From Thermoproteota archaeon (lineage in GTDB: Archaea > Korarchaeota > Korarchaeia > Korarchaeales > Korarchaeaceae): a stretch of 64,000 nucleotides of DNA. Both the position numbers and the translations under genes were made by a program. The notes under the pieces are model-generated. The model was not told where the DNA came from. It made no database searches and worked only from the letters and a program-made list of their open reading frames with translations. Numbering within the stretch: the first letter of the stretch is position 1; each line of letters opens with the position of its first letter. Where the stretch lies: the NCBI GenBank assembly GCA_027492205.1, contig JAOZFN010000017.1, forward strand, positions 64,001-128,000. The letters run 5' to 3'. Shown piece after piece: positions 10,126 to 18,764 of the stretch.

Positions 10126-11010
10126 TTGCGCGAGGGGGGCGTCGCCGGGGTAAGGGTGAGGTCGGTCCTGAACAGGCACAGGAGGAGGGACGACTGGTTC
10201 CTCGACGAGTACTCCGTGAACCCCTACTACGGTTGCCCCCTCTCCTGCGTGTACTGCTACACCAGGGGGACGAAGTACGGCTCCTCGCCACCAGGGGAGG
10301 TCAGGGCCAAGGTGAACGCCCACGAGGTTCTGGCCAGGCAGCTCAGGGCGGAGGCCAGGGCTGGGAGGAGGGGCTTCATAGCGCTGGGGACGGCGACGGA
10401 GCCCTACATGCCCGCCGAGGCCGACCTCAACCTGACCAGGCGGTGCCTGGAGGTGATCTCCTCCCTGAGGTTCCCGGTGCACGTGCTTACAAAGTCCGAC
10501 CTCGTGCTGAGGGACGCCGACCTGCTGCGGGAGGCGGCCGAGAGGGCGATCCTCCCGCCGGACCTGAGGGGGAGGGTCAGTGGGGCCGTCGTGACCGTCT
10601 CCATCTCGACCCTCGACCCGGAGGCCGCGAGAGCGTTCGAGCCGGGCGCGCCGCCGCCAGAGCGTAGGTTAGAGGTCGTGAGGGGGCTATCTGAGGAGGG
10701 GGTCGCCGCCGGGGTGGCCTTCATCCCGGTCCTCCCTGGCATCTCGGACGGCGAGGGGGAGATCGACCGCATGGTGGAGGCGGCGGCGGAGGTCAGGGCG
10801 AGCCACGTCTTCGTCGGCGCCCTGACCGTCCCAGGGGCCGTCAGGAGGGCGGTCGAGGGCTTGGTCTCCCGGAGGTTCCCGGAGCTCCTGCCATCCTACA
10901 GGGGGCTCTTCTCCTCTGGCCCATATCCACCGGGCGGCTACCAGGCTAGGCTCGACAGGATGGCGAGGGAGGCCTGCAGGAGGCACGGCGTCCGATACAT
11001 GCTCCTCTGA
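10126..11010 (+). CDS. Radical SAM protein (SplB/Rv2578c-like DNA-repair family)
   Basis: NPYYGCPLSCVYCY (CxxxCxxC), GTATEPY, LTKSDLVLRD, FEPGAP; start approximate. Confidence 0.88.
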   Translation: MREGGVAGVRVRSVLNRHRRRDDWFLDEYSVNPYYGCPLSCVYCYTRGTKYGSSPPGEVRAKVNAHEVLARQLRAEARAGRRGFIALGTATEPYMPAEADLNLTRRCLEVISSLRFPVHVLTKSDLVLRDADLLREAAERAILPPDLRGRVSGAVVTVSISTLDPEAARAFEPGAPPPERRLEVVRGLSEEGVAAGVAFIPVLPGISDGEGEIDRMVEAAAEVRASHVFVGALTVPGAVRRAVEGLVSRRFPELLPSYRGLFSSGPYPPGGYQARLDRMAREACRRHGVRYMLL

Positions 11011-11218
11011 TCCCCCGCCCCCGACGCAGGGACGACCAAGAGGGCCCCTCAGGGTCCCCGAGGCGAGGCTCCCCGATCGGCCCTCAATCATAGGACACGC
11101 GATCACGGATTAATAGTTCAGTCAGCGGGGGCCGACCCGAAAACACATCTCAGCGCCCGGCAGAGCCCGCGGTACGGTCAGAGCGGCCCGCTCATCTCCC
11201 TTGATCTCGTCGAACCCG

Positions 11219-11578
11219 CTAGTCGGGCAGGCTCTCCTCCACGAGCCTGATGAGCCTACTGGCCTTCTCCAAGGCGTCCTCCGCCTCCTCCCTCGAGAAG
11301 CTGTAGGGCCTGTGGTCGGCGGTCTTCCTCCTGACGAACAGGTCCAGGTAGTCTCGCCTGGCCCCCTCGGCCCTCTCCCTCCCAACCCTCACCTCAAGGG
11401 TCCTCTTGAGGGCGTTGGCAATCTTGTCGTCCTTCGTGGTCCTCAGGCCCCTCACCCGGTGCTCGACCGTGAGCCTCACCGCGAAGTAGGCGGCCGAGAC
11501 CGCCTTGTTGTAGTTCCCGTGGAGCAGGTCGTCCTCGGCCTCCTTCAGGAGGATCCTAGCCTTCTCGGCCTTGTCCAA
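11219..11578 (-). CDS. HEPN domain protein
   Basis: YNKAVSAAYFA and R..ADH (RRKTADH) motifs; coupled to upstream MNT. Confidence 0.85.
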   Translation of the reverse strand: MDKAEKARILLKEAEDDLLHGNYNKAVSAAYFAVRLTVEHRVRGLRTTKDDKIANALKRTLEVRVGRERAEGARRDYLDLFVRRKTADHRPYSFSREEAEDALEKASRLIRLVEESLPD

Positions 11579-12137
11579 TCAGAACTCTCCCCCCGGCCGC
11601 CATGAACAGCTCCAGGACGTCCTCCTCCCCCTCGGAGGCCAGGAGCGGGTTGATCCTCTCCCCGACCTCCGAGGCCAGCCTGGCCACGAGCTCAAAGTCC
11701 CCGGGCCTGACCTCCCTGAGCACCACCAGGACGTTGCTCTGGTAGACCTCGGCCTCCGGGTCCGGCAGGGCCACGACCCTGACCAGCCTGCCCCCGAGGG
11801 CCTCACTCAGTCTACTCGCGAACTTGAGGTCCTCGCCCGACCAGGCCGACCCAGCCTTGCCTGCCAGAATGAACAGCTCCAGGACGTCCTCCTCCCCCTC
11901 GGAGGCCAGGAGCGGGTTGATCCTCTCCCCGACCTCCGAGGCCAGCCTGGCCACGAGCTCAAAGTCCCCGGGCCTGACCTCCCTGAGCACCACCAGGACG
12001 TTGCTCTGGTAGACCTCGGCCTCCGGGTCCGGCAGGGCCACGACCCTGACCAGCCTGCCCCCGAGGGACGCCTCGAGCCTCGAGGCGAAATCCATAACGG
12101 CCCTCCTCCACTCCCTAGAGGAGGAGAATTCTACCAC
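11556..12137 (-). CDS. Tandem-duplicated degenerate minimal nucleotidyltransferase (MNT) antitoxin
   Basis: Two copies of FASRL..LGGRLVRVVALP..VYQSNVLVVL...INPL; overlaps HEPN; GTG start inferred from a TATA-like box near 12170. Confidence 0.75.
   Translation of the reverse strand: MVEFSSSREWRRAVMDFASRLEASLGGRLVRVVALPDPEAEVYQSNVLVVLREVRPGDFELVARLASEVGERINPLLASEGEEDVLELFILAGKAGSAWSGEDLKFASRLSEALGGRLVRVVALPDPEAEVYQSNVLVVLREVRPGDFELVARLASEVGERINPLLASEGEEDVLELFMAAGGRVLIGQGREG
11602..12067. repeat. 199-bp exact direct repeat (11602-11800 and 11869-12067), period 267 bp
   Basis: Base-by-base comparison shows identity. Confidence 0.92.
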
Positions 12138-12241
12138 GATGGGGAGCACGGGCCCCCTGGGGGGCTCGAAATAAAAAGGAGCGGCCGGCGGTCGAAGCTC
12201 TAGAGACGGTTCGCGCCTCTTTACCCCCCAGCGGATCACGT

Positions 12242-12455
12242 GCGACAAACATCACGCCCGGTATACCGGAGGAGCTGTACAGGCTTGTCGAGGAGAACGG
12301 GAGCGTCGACTGGCGTGAGGTGTCAGGGAGAGCCGTGGTCAGGGGGCTCCCGCACGAAAGCGCAAGACGAGGGTTCCACGCTGAGGAAGCTTAACCTGCT
12401 GCCGGGGACCAGTGGAACAGGCCCCACTGGAGGTCGCCGACTGAGGGCGAGGGGG
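12242..12455 (+). pseudogene. Decayed paralog of the 9156 RHH antitoxin
   Basis: NITPGIPEELYRL..SVDWREV..RAVVR / KAQDEGSTLRKL..TSG..TG aligns to NITLSIPEDLYRL..SINWSEI..RAIVR..KARDEGLTLREL; start codon lost, frameshifts. Confidence 0.8.
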
Positions 12456-12747
12456 TCCGTGGGAGGATTTCTGAGCTCGGGTGTGGGCCTCCCGGTGTCG
12501 CTTCTGGGTACCGCCTTAAGGGCGGGGTCAGACGCAACAGTTGACTTGACCACTTTACCTTTCCGCTTTATTGTTGATAGGTGAATCCGCCGAAGTAGTT
12601 AGGGAGACAGCCTCATTCGAAGCGTCGGACTTTGAGGCGCCCCCACAGACACATCTCCGAGGGATCCGGAGACCCGCCGAGGCGGCCGTCGAGATTCCTC
12701 CGACAAACTTAAAATGTAAGAAAAGTAAGATTTGTTGGAGTCTGCTC

Positions 12748-13014
12748 ATGGGAGAGAGGGGCGAGTGCGCGAAGAGGAGGATCGTGTACGGGGTCGTCAC
12801 GGTGAGTTCGAAGGGCCAGATCTCCATACCGGTGGCTGCCAGGGAGGACCTCGACATCAAGGAGGGAGACCAGCTGCTGGTTCTCAGGAGGAGGGACGAC
12901 GCCGGCCTCGTCCTGATAAAGCTGGACGCGATGGACGAGCTCATGAGCAGGCTCCAAGAAGACGAGGAGTTCTTCCTCAGGCTGAGGAGGTTGAGGGGTG
13001 ACAGTGGTGAGTGA
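12748..13014 (+). CDS. AbrB/MazE/SpoVT family regulator
   Basis: YGVVTVSSKGQISIPVAAREDLDIKEGD; upstream gtaaga repeats at 12716 and 12725. Confidence 0.9.
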   Translation: MGERGECAKRRIVYGVVTVSSKGQISIPVAAREDLDIKEGDQLLVLRRRDDAGLVLIKLDAMDELMSRLQEDEEFFLRLRRLRGDSGE

Positions 13015-13150
13015 GAGGAGGTACACATGCAAGGACTGCAAGCACTACAGGCCCATAGACGAGGAGAGGGGGGACTGCTTCGGGCACGTGGTACCAGCGG
13101 ATATGCCCGTCGAGAATTGCCCGGCAAAGGCATTTGAGCCGAGAGAGTAG
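13007..13150 (+). CDS. 47-aa four-cysteine protein, BssC/TutF-like
   Basis: GTG start overlapping the AbrB stop; MSERRYTCKDCKHYRPIDEERGDCFGHVVPADMPVENCPAKAFEPRE*; below ORF-track cutoff. Confidence 0.75.
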   Translation: MSERRYTCKDCKHYRPIDEERGDCFGHVVPADMPVENCPAKAFEPRE

Positions 13151-13242
13151 CTCAAACTCCTGCCAGACTCGGTACCCCTCCCCACCCAATTTTTCGGCGG
13201 CGAAGCTAGGGAGATCACCTAGGTCCCCTTCACTCATGGGAT

Positions 13243-13278
13243 GTAAGTTAATTATGGTAGTATGGTGAGTAACTTACT
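13243..13278 (+). promoter_or_regulatory. Inverted repeat gtaagtta/taacttac bracketing the TATA region (putative TA operator)
   Basis: 13243-13250 and 13270-13277 are reverse complements; tatggt repeated between them. Confidence 0.5.
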
Positions 13279-13279
13279 G

Positions 13280-13552
13280 ATGAGCGGGGGGAAGGTACGG
13301 ACCAGCGTGTACCTCGATAGAGAGGTCTGGGAGGCCTTCAAGGCCGCGGCTAGGATGAGGAGAGTTGAGGTCAGCCGGCTGCTGGAGGAGATACTCAGGG
13401 AGGAGGTTGTGATGGGCCTGGAGGGGGCCCTCATAGACCTGGCCGGTGAGATCGACTATGAGGTTGACTTCGAGCCCGTCAGGCCCTCGGCCCCGGTGAG
13501 CCCGCTGGTTAGGGAGATGAGGGATGCCAGGGCCGGTGGTGTACCTGGATAG
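13280..13552 (+). CDS. vapB: RHH/CopG-type VapB antitoxin
   Basis: KVRTSVYLDREVW...VSRLLEEIL; C-terminal VSPLVREMRD; overlaps the PIN gene. Confidence 0.83.
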   Translation: MSGGKVRTSVYLDREVWEAFKAAARMRRVEVSRLLEEILREEVVMGLEGALIDLAGEIDYEVDFEPVRPSAPVSPLVREMRDARAGGVPG

Positions 13553-13979
13553 CAGCGCCTGCATCAAGAGGTACGTCCTGGAGGAGGGGAGTGAGGAGGC
13601 GCGGAGGGCATACCTTAGGGCGTACTCCGGCGAGGTCACCCTCTCCATGAGCCTCTGGAACGTGGGAGAGGTGCTGGGCGCGCTGGACAGGGCCCTCAGG
13701 CGGGGGAGGCTCGACGCCGCGGCCCACTCGACGGCCCGCTCCCGCTTTCTCTCAGAGACCCTGAGGTTGTGGAGGCTCGGGGCTATGTCCCTGGTGCCGG
13801 TCAAGTTGTCGCTGCTCGCGGAGAGCTGGAGGGTACTGGAGAGGCGGCACCTGTACGTCGCGGACGCCCTCCAGATCTCCACCGCAAAGCACGTGCGGGC
13901 GGAGCTGCTCCTCACGGGGGACTCCAGGCTTGCAGAGGCTGCGGAGGCCGAGGGGGTGCCGTCCAGGGTTCTCGGCTGA
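13524..13979 (+). CDS. vapC: VapC PIN toxin
   Basis: VYLDSSACIKRY..EEGS, WNVGE, ADALQI, LTGDSRL. Confidence 0.92.
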   Translation: MPGPVVYLDSSACIKRYVLEEGSEEARRAYLRAYSGEVTLSMSLWNVGEVLGALDRALRRGRLDAAAHSTARSRFLSETLRLWRLGAMSLVPVKLSLLAESWRVLERRHLYVADALQISTAKHVRAELLLTGDSRLAEAAEAEGVPSRVLG

Positions 13980-13988
13980 ACTCCCGGC

Positions 13989-14750
13989 TCACCCGACCTT
14001 GGCCAGCTCCTCCCTTGCCAGCTGGACCATCCTCTCCGCCGACCTTATCTTGGCCTTCGCCAGCATCTCCTTGCCCCTCTTCAGGGCGTCGTCGGCCTCG
14101 TCCAGGAGCTCCAGGGCCTTCTCGTACCTGGCCCTAGCCCTCTCCACGTCCTTCCCCTCAGAGTCGAGCAGGTCTATCTCCTCGCCCACCGTCACCGCCT
14201 CGGCGTAGACCTCCTCCAGGCGCTCCTTCAGCTCTCTCTCCTCCCTCCTCCTCGCCTCCTTGGCCGCCTCCTTACCCCTCTGGATCTGCCTGAGCTCCTC
14301 CTCCACGCTCCTGATCGCTCGGGCGAGGAGTCTGGAGAAGTCGGTGGCGTCGGCCATCGCGGTCTCGAACCCGTCCTTGAGGCCGTAGGCCCCTCCGACG
14401 ACGGCCCCCGTCAGGGCGCTCTTGATGCTGTCCACGTCGCCGCCAAGCAGGCCGCTCGCGAGGCTGGCCAGGCCGCCTCCTGTTATCGCCCCCCAGAGGG
14501 ACTTCCTGACTATACCCCCTCCCTCGACCTGGTAGACAACCTTGATGTCCCTGTCGACCGGGGCAGCCACGAGCGTTCCCCTCTCGTCCATGTAGCGGAC
14601 CCTCATCCGGGCGAAGTCCTCGGAGATCTCCTTGTCCGATATGGCCGTGCCCTCCATGGCGAGGTGCGTCATGAGCCTCTCGACGAAGCTCTCGAAGTAC
14701 TCGCTCAGATCTTGAACGTAGTAGTAGAACGAGTCGACCTTGTAGCTCAT
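13989..14750 (-). CDS. Hypothetical protein with glycine-zipper hairpin and C-terminal coiled coil
   Basis: LWGAITGGGLASLASGLLGG...ALTGAVVGGAYG, then an E/K/R-rich helical region; host-like codon use. Confidence 0.75.
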   Translation of the reverse strand: MSYKVDSFYYYVQDLSEYFESFVERLMTHLAMEGTAISDKEISEDFARMRVRYMDERGTLVAAPVDRDIKVVYQVEGGGIVRKSLWGAITGGGLASLASGLLGGDVDSIKSALTGAVVGGAYGLKDGFETAMADATDFSRLLARAIRSVEEELRQIQRGKEAAKEARRREERELKERLEEVYAEAVTVGEEIDLLDSEGKDVERARARYEKALELLDEADDALKRGKEMLAKAKIRSAERMVQLAREELAKVG

Positions 14751-14836
14751 ACGCCGAACTCTCGTTCTGCAGATTTAAACGCACTGGACGCCCGATCTAG
14801 CCTCAGAGTCGGCGACCGACCCGGCTTTTCGAACGG

Positions 14837-16069
14837 CTAGCCCTCGGGGAGCAGGCCAATCTCCCTGAGCTGTGACAGGGTCCTCTCCCTGAGCTCCGCG
14901 GTCGTAGGCAGGTCGGCGACCAACCGCCCGCCCTCGAGGAACTTCACGTAGGCCGGCTCGGCCCTCGCTCCGCAGTCCGGGCAGGTCGGGGGGTCCGAGC
15001 CCTTTGGCAGAACGAAGTACCTGAGGCAGCCGGGGCACCTGAAGACGTCCTTCGCCCCGGACTTGATCCCCCTCTTGGCCCTGGGCTCCCCCTCCACCTC
15101 GACCACGTCCATGCCGAAGTCCACGGGGTCGGCCCCGCAGATCCTGCTTCCGACGCCGAAAGCGTCGGCGCCCGCCCTCGACAGGCTCTCAACCGAGACC
15201 TCGTCCAGTCCGCCGGACACGAATATCTTGACGTGCTTGTAGCCCCTAACGTCGAGCTCCCAGCGGACCTCCCTCACAATCTCCTCCATCCTCCCCCTCC
15301 TGGAGGAAGGCGTGTCCAGCCTGACGCCGTAGAGCCTCTCCCCGAGCGCCTCTGCGGCCTTGATCGCCTCGGTCTTCTCGTCGCAGAGCGTGTCGACGAG
15401 GGCTATCCTGGGCACGTCCTCCGGCACGGCCTCGTCGAATGCCCTCCAGGCCCTCACCTGGTCGCCTGCTATTATGATGAGGGCGTGCGGCATCGTGCCG
15501 ACGGGCTTGAAGCCGAGCTCCTCGACCAGTATGCCGGATGAGCCGTCCAGGCCGCCGATCAGGCCGGCCCTCTCGATCGCGAGGGAGATGGCCGGGTGGT
15601 TCCTCCTTATGCCGAAGTTGACGACCGGCTTCCCGCCGGCCGCGACCTTCACGTGCGCCGCCGCCGTTGCGACGCCGGACATGGAGCAGAGGAAGCCGAG
15701 GAGGGACGTCTCCAGCGGGCCGAACTCGGAGTAGGGCCCCTCAATCCTCACGACGGGCAGGCCGGGCTCGAAGACGCTGCCGTCGGGCAGGGCGTAGAGG
15801 TCGACCCTCCTGCCCTCCAAGAGCCTGACGACCTCCTCCACTCCGGCCAGGACGCCCCACTCGAACCTGCCGCCTCTCCTGGACCTCGGAAGGCTCCGGG
15901 CCGCGATCTCGGCCACCACCCTGGTGTCCTCCAGGCCCAGGTGTCTGAGGGTCTCCATCGTCCTGAGGAAGTAGACGTCCACGACCTTCCCGGCCTTGAT
16001 CTCCTCACCGGACACGACGTAGAACGGCCTACCCTCGCGGTCACCCTCGGGGTCGGGCATCTCCATCAC
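14837..16069 (-). CDS. pncB: Nicotinate phosphoribosyltransferase
   Basis: DVYFLRT, FGIRRNHP, GTMPHA, VRLDTPSSRRG, SGGL; C-terminal Zn ribbon. Confidence 0.93.
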   Translation of the reverse strand: MMEMPDPEGDREGRPFYVVSGEEIKAGKVVDVYFLRTMETLRHLGLEDTRVVAEIAARSLPRSRRGGRFEWGVLAGVEEVVRLLEGRRVDLYALPDGSVFEPGLPVVRIEGPYSEFGPLETSLLGFLCSMSGVATAAAHVKVAAGGKPVVNFGIRRNHPAISLAIERAGLIGGLDGSSGILVEELGFKPVGTMPHALIIIAGDQVRAWRAFDEAVPEDVPRIALVDTLCDEKTEAIKAAEALGERLYGVRLDTPSSRRGRMEEIVREVRWELDVRGYKHVKIFVSGGLDEVSVESLSRAGADAFGVGSRICGADPVDFGMDVVEVEGEPRAKRGIKSGAKDVFRCPGCLRYFVLPKGSDPPTCPDCGARAEPAYVKFLEGGRLVADLPTTAELRERTLSQLREIGLLPEG

Positions 16070-16137
16070 CGCCGCGGCTCCCGGGTTCGATATAACGTTC
16101 CCAACCCCTCACTCCGGAGGCGTTAATACTGTGTCCC

Positions 16138-16959
16138 ATGAGGGGCGGTCCGATGCCGCGGGTAACCCTCGCCGACCTAGAGCTCAGGTGGCAAGAGGTC
16201 GCGGACGAGATATCCTCGTTCTGCGGGAGGATGGTGGAGTCCGCGGGGGCCGAGGGCGCGGTCGTGGGGCTCAGCGGGGGGGTTGACTCCGCGCTCACGG
16301 CGGCCCTCCTCGCCAGGGGGCTGGGGAGCGAGGCCGTGACGGCGGTGATAATGCCGGAGGAGGGGGTGACCCCGAGAGAGGACGTCGAGGACGCGGCGGC
16401 CCTCGCGGAGGCCCTGGGGCTCAACGTGGAGTGGGTGGACATAACACCCATAGTGGCCGAGTTCGAGAGGCTCCTCCCGCCAGGGGACAGGATTAGCAGG
16501 GCCAACGTAAGGCCCAGGGTCAGGATGACGATCCTCTACTACTTGGCGAACTCCAGGAACCTGCTGGTCGCGGGGACGGGGGACAGGAGCGAGATCGAGA
16601 TCGGGTACTTCACCAAGCACGGGGACGGCGCCGCGGACTTCCTGCCGATCGCGGACCTCTTCAAGACGCAGGTGAGGGAGCTGGCCAGGTACCTCGAGAT
16701 ACCCGAGGAGATAGCTTCAAAGCCCAGCTCTCCCAGGCTTTGGCCGGGGCAGACGGCGGAGGGTGAGCTCGGTGTGAGCTACGAGCAGGTGGACCTCGTG
16801 CTCCACGCGCTGCTGGACCTCAACATGGAGCCCAGGGAGATCTCGGAGGCAGCCGGAGTTGAGGAGGCCGTCGTCAGGAGGGTCATAGAGCTGAGGGAAA
16901 GGAGCTGGCACAAGAGGAACCCGCCTCCCTTCCCGGTGGTGAGGCACCTCAGGCCGTAG
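16138..16959 (+). CDS. nadE: NH3-dependent NAD+ synthetase
   Basis: GLSGGVDS, R.RM..LY, GYFTKHGDG, DLFKTQV, LWPGQTAE. Confidence 0.95.
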   Translation: MRGGPMPRVTLADLELRWQEVADEISSFCGRMVESAGAEGAVVGLSGGVDSALTAALLARGLGSEAVTAVIMPEEGVTPREDVEDAAALAEALGLNVEWVDITPIVAEFERLLPPGDRISRANVRPRVRMTILYYLANSRNLLVAGTGDRSEIEIGYFTKHGDGAADFLPIADLFKTQVRELARYLEIPEEIASKPSSPRLWPGQTAEGELGVSYEQVDLVLHALLDLNMEPREISEAAGVEEAVVRRVIELRERSWHKRNPPPFPVVRHLRP

Positions 16960-17329
16960 TCTGATCGGATGTTCGGGGTGGTTGTGTCCGGGTGGAACGC
17001 TCTGGGCTTCCCTCCAGCGGAGAACGAATTGTCCGGGACGCTAAATAGCCTCAGGCTTCCCCAGGATCTCAGGTGAAGTGGACGAGAGGAGGTAGAAGGG
17101 GACGCATGCGGCTGAGCGGGAGTAGGGCCATGCTCGGGCCCGGTAAGCCCGCCGTCGAGCGCGTTGGGCTCGGTGAGCGGCTCCGGAGGATGTTTAGGCA
17201 CCGCCGGGGCCGCAGCTAGGCCCTCCCTTCCCTGCCAACGCCTGATTCATCTGACGTCGCGGGGCCCCCGCGCAGGCGGCGCGCCGCTGGCGCCGCTTTA
17301 ATCTCTGCCCCCTAGGACTCCACGGGGCG

Positions 17330-18754
17330 ATGTCTGACACCGTAGAGCTGGGGGCCTACCTCGATTCAGAGGAGCCCTGCGAACTGAAGATATCCAAGCT
17401 CATGACGGGCCGCACGGCCGTAATAGCCAAGACCGGCTACGGAAAGTCGTGGACGCTCAGGAGGGTGGCCGAGCAGCTCCTCGACGCCGGCTACCCCCTT
17501 GGGATAATCGACCCCGAGGGAGAGCACGTCAGCCTGGCCGACGAGTACGAGATGCTCGTGGTGTCCCCCAAGGGAGACGTGGACCTCGCGGGCGGGGGCT
17601 CGGTCAAGAGGCTCGCCAAGGCGGCGGTCAGGGGGGTGAGCTTCGTCCTCGACCTCTCCATGTACGTGTCCAAGCCAGACGTTGCTGCTGGGCTCGTCTC
17701 AGACCTGATCAGGGAACTCATGGAGCAGAAGGACAGCGGCTTCCTCGTCATGATCGACGAGGCCAGGGAGCTCGCCCCCGAGAGGGGGGCAAAGAGCCAG
17801 CTCGGCAAGTACGCCTCCCAAACCGAACTCTGGGTCAACACCCTCGCCACCAGGGGTAGGAAGAGGGGCGTGGGCCTACTCTTCACGACCCAGAGGCCCC
17901 AGCTCGTCTCCAAGACCCTCCTGAGCCAGGCAGAGAACAAGATCGTCCTGAGGGTGGAGTACAACGCGGACGTCGGCGTAATCAGCAGGTTCCTGGGGCT
18001 GGACAGGGAGGTCACGAGGAGGATAAAGCAGCTGAACCCCGGAGAGGCCTACGTCGAGGGGCCCTTCGTCGACAGGCCGGGGTTCGTGAAGGTCGGCCCT
18101 GTGAAGACCGCCCACCTGGGCACCACCCCGCTCGTCAAGCCGAGGCCTCCTCCCAGCCTGGCGGAGGTGGTCTCCTACATCACGTCCGACGTCTCGGCTC
18201 TGATGGAGGGTCGGGCGGCGCCCGAGCGTGGGGAGGTAGCGGCGCCCGAGGGGAAGGGTCAGCCCAGGGAGAGGGAGGGGTTTGAGCCCAGGGAGGCCAG
18301 AAAGGCAAGGGGGAGGGGGGGCGGGGAGGCCGCCAAGCGCAGGCCGGGCCTAGAGGCAGCCTGGGAGATGCCCAGCGACAGACTCGAGTCGGAGGAGCTG
18401 GCGGAACTCGTGAAGAGGAGGAACGAACTCAGGAGGATGCTCGAGCTCCTCGAGGAGTCCAGGGGGGAGATGCGCGAGGAGGTCTACGAGTTCCTGAGGG
18501 AGGAGTACGAGGAGGCGCTCGGAGAGGTCGAGAGGAGGATCGAACCGTTCAGGAGGGAGGCCAGGATCTCCGAGCTGATAATAGAGGCCGCTCTCCAGGA
18601 CAGGCAGCTGAGGCTGAGGTTTCTCGAGGAGTCGAGCGGGGGCGCCCTGGGCGCGCTGAGGAAGTGGTTCGAGAGTAGAAGGCTTCATAGCGAAATTCAG
18701 ACCCTCTCCGAGAAGCTCGAGAGAGTGAGGGGTATCCTCGAGGAGCTTTCGTGA
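17330..18754 (+). CDS. HerA/DUF87-family ATPase with C-terminal coiled coil
   Basis: Walker A AKTGYGKS, IIDPEGEH, Walker B MIDEA, RGRKRG, TQRP. Confidence 0.85.
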   Translation: MSDTVELGAYLDSEEPCELKISKLMTGRTAVIAKTGYGKSWTLRRVAEQLLDAGYPLGIIDPEGEHVSLADEYEMLVVSPKGDVDLAGGGSVKRLAKAAVRGVSFVLDLSMYVSKPDVAAGLVSDLIRELMEQKDSGFLVMIDEARELAPERGAKSQLGKYASQTELWVNTLATRGRKRGVGLLFTTQRPQLVSKTLLSQAENKIVLRVEYNADVGVISRFLGLDREVTRRIKQLNPGEAYVEGPFVDRPGFVKVGPVKTAHLGTTPLVKPRPPPSLAEVVSYITSDVSALMEGRAAPERGEVAAPEGKGQPREREGFEPREARKARGRGGGEAAKRRPGLEAAWEMPSDRLESEELAELVKRRNELRRMLELLEESRGEMREEVYEFLREEYEEALGEVERRIEPFRREARISELIIEAALQDRQLRLRFLEESSGGALGALRKWFESRRLHSEIQTLSEKLERVRGILEELS

Positions 18755-18764
18755 GTTCGAGAGG

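Noticed and set aside
9156-12455. Antitoxin and its decayed copy as a DGR template/variable repeat pair
   Set aside because: Differences are not restricted to adenines and no reverse transcriptase is in the window
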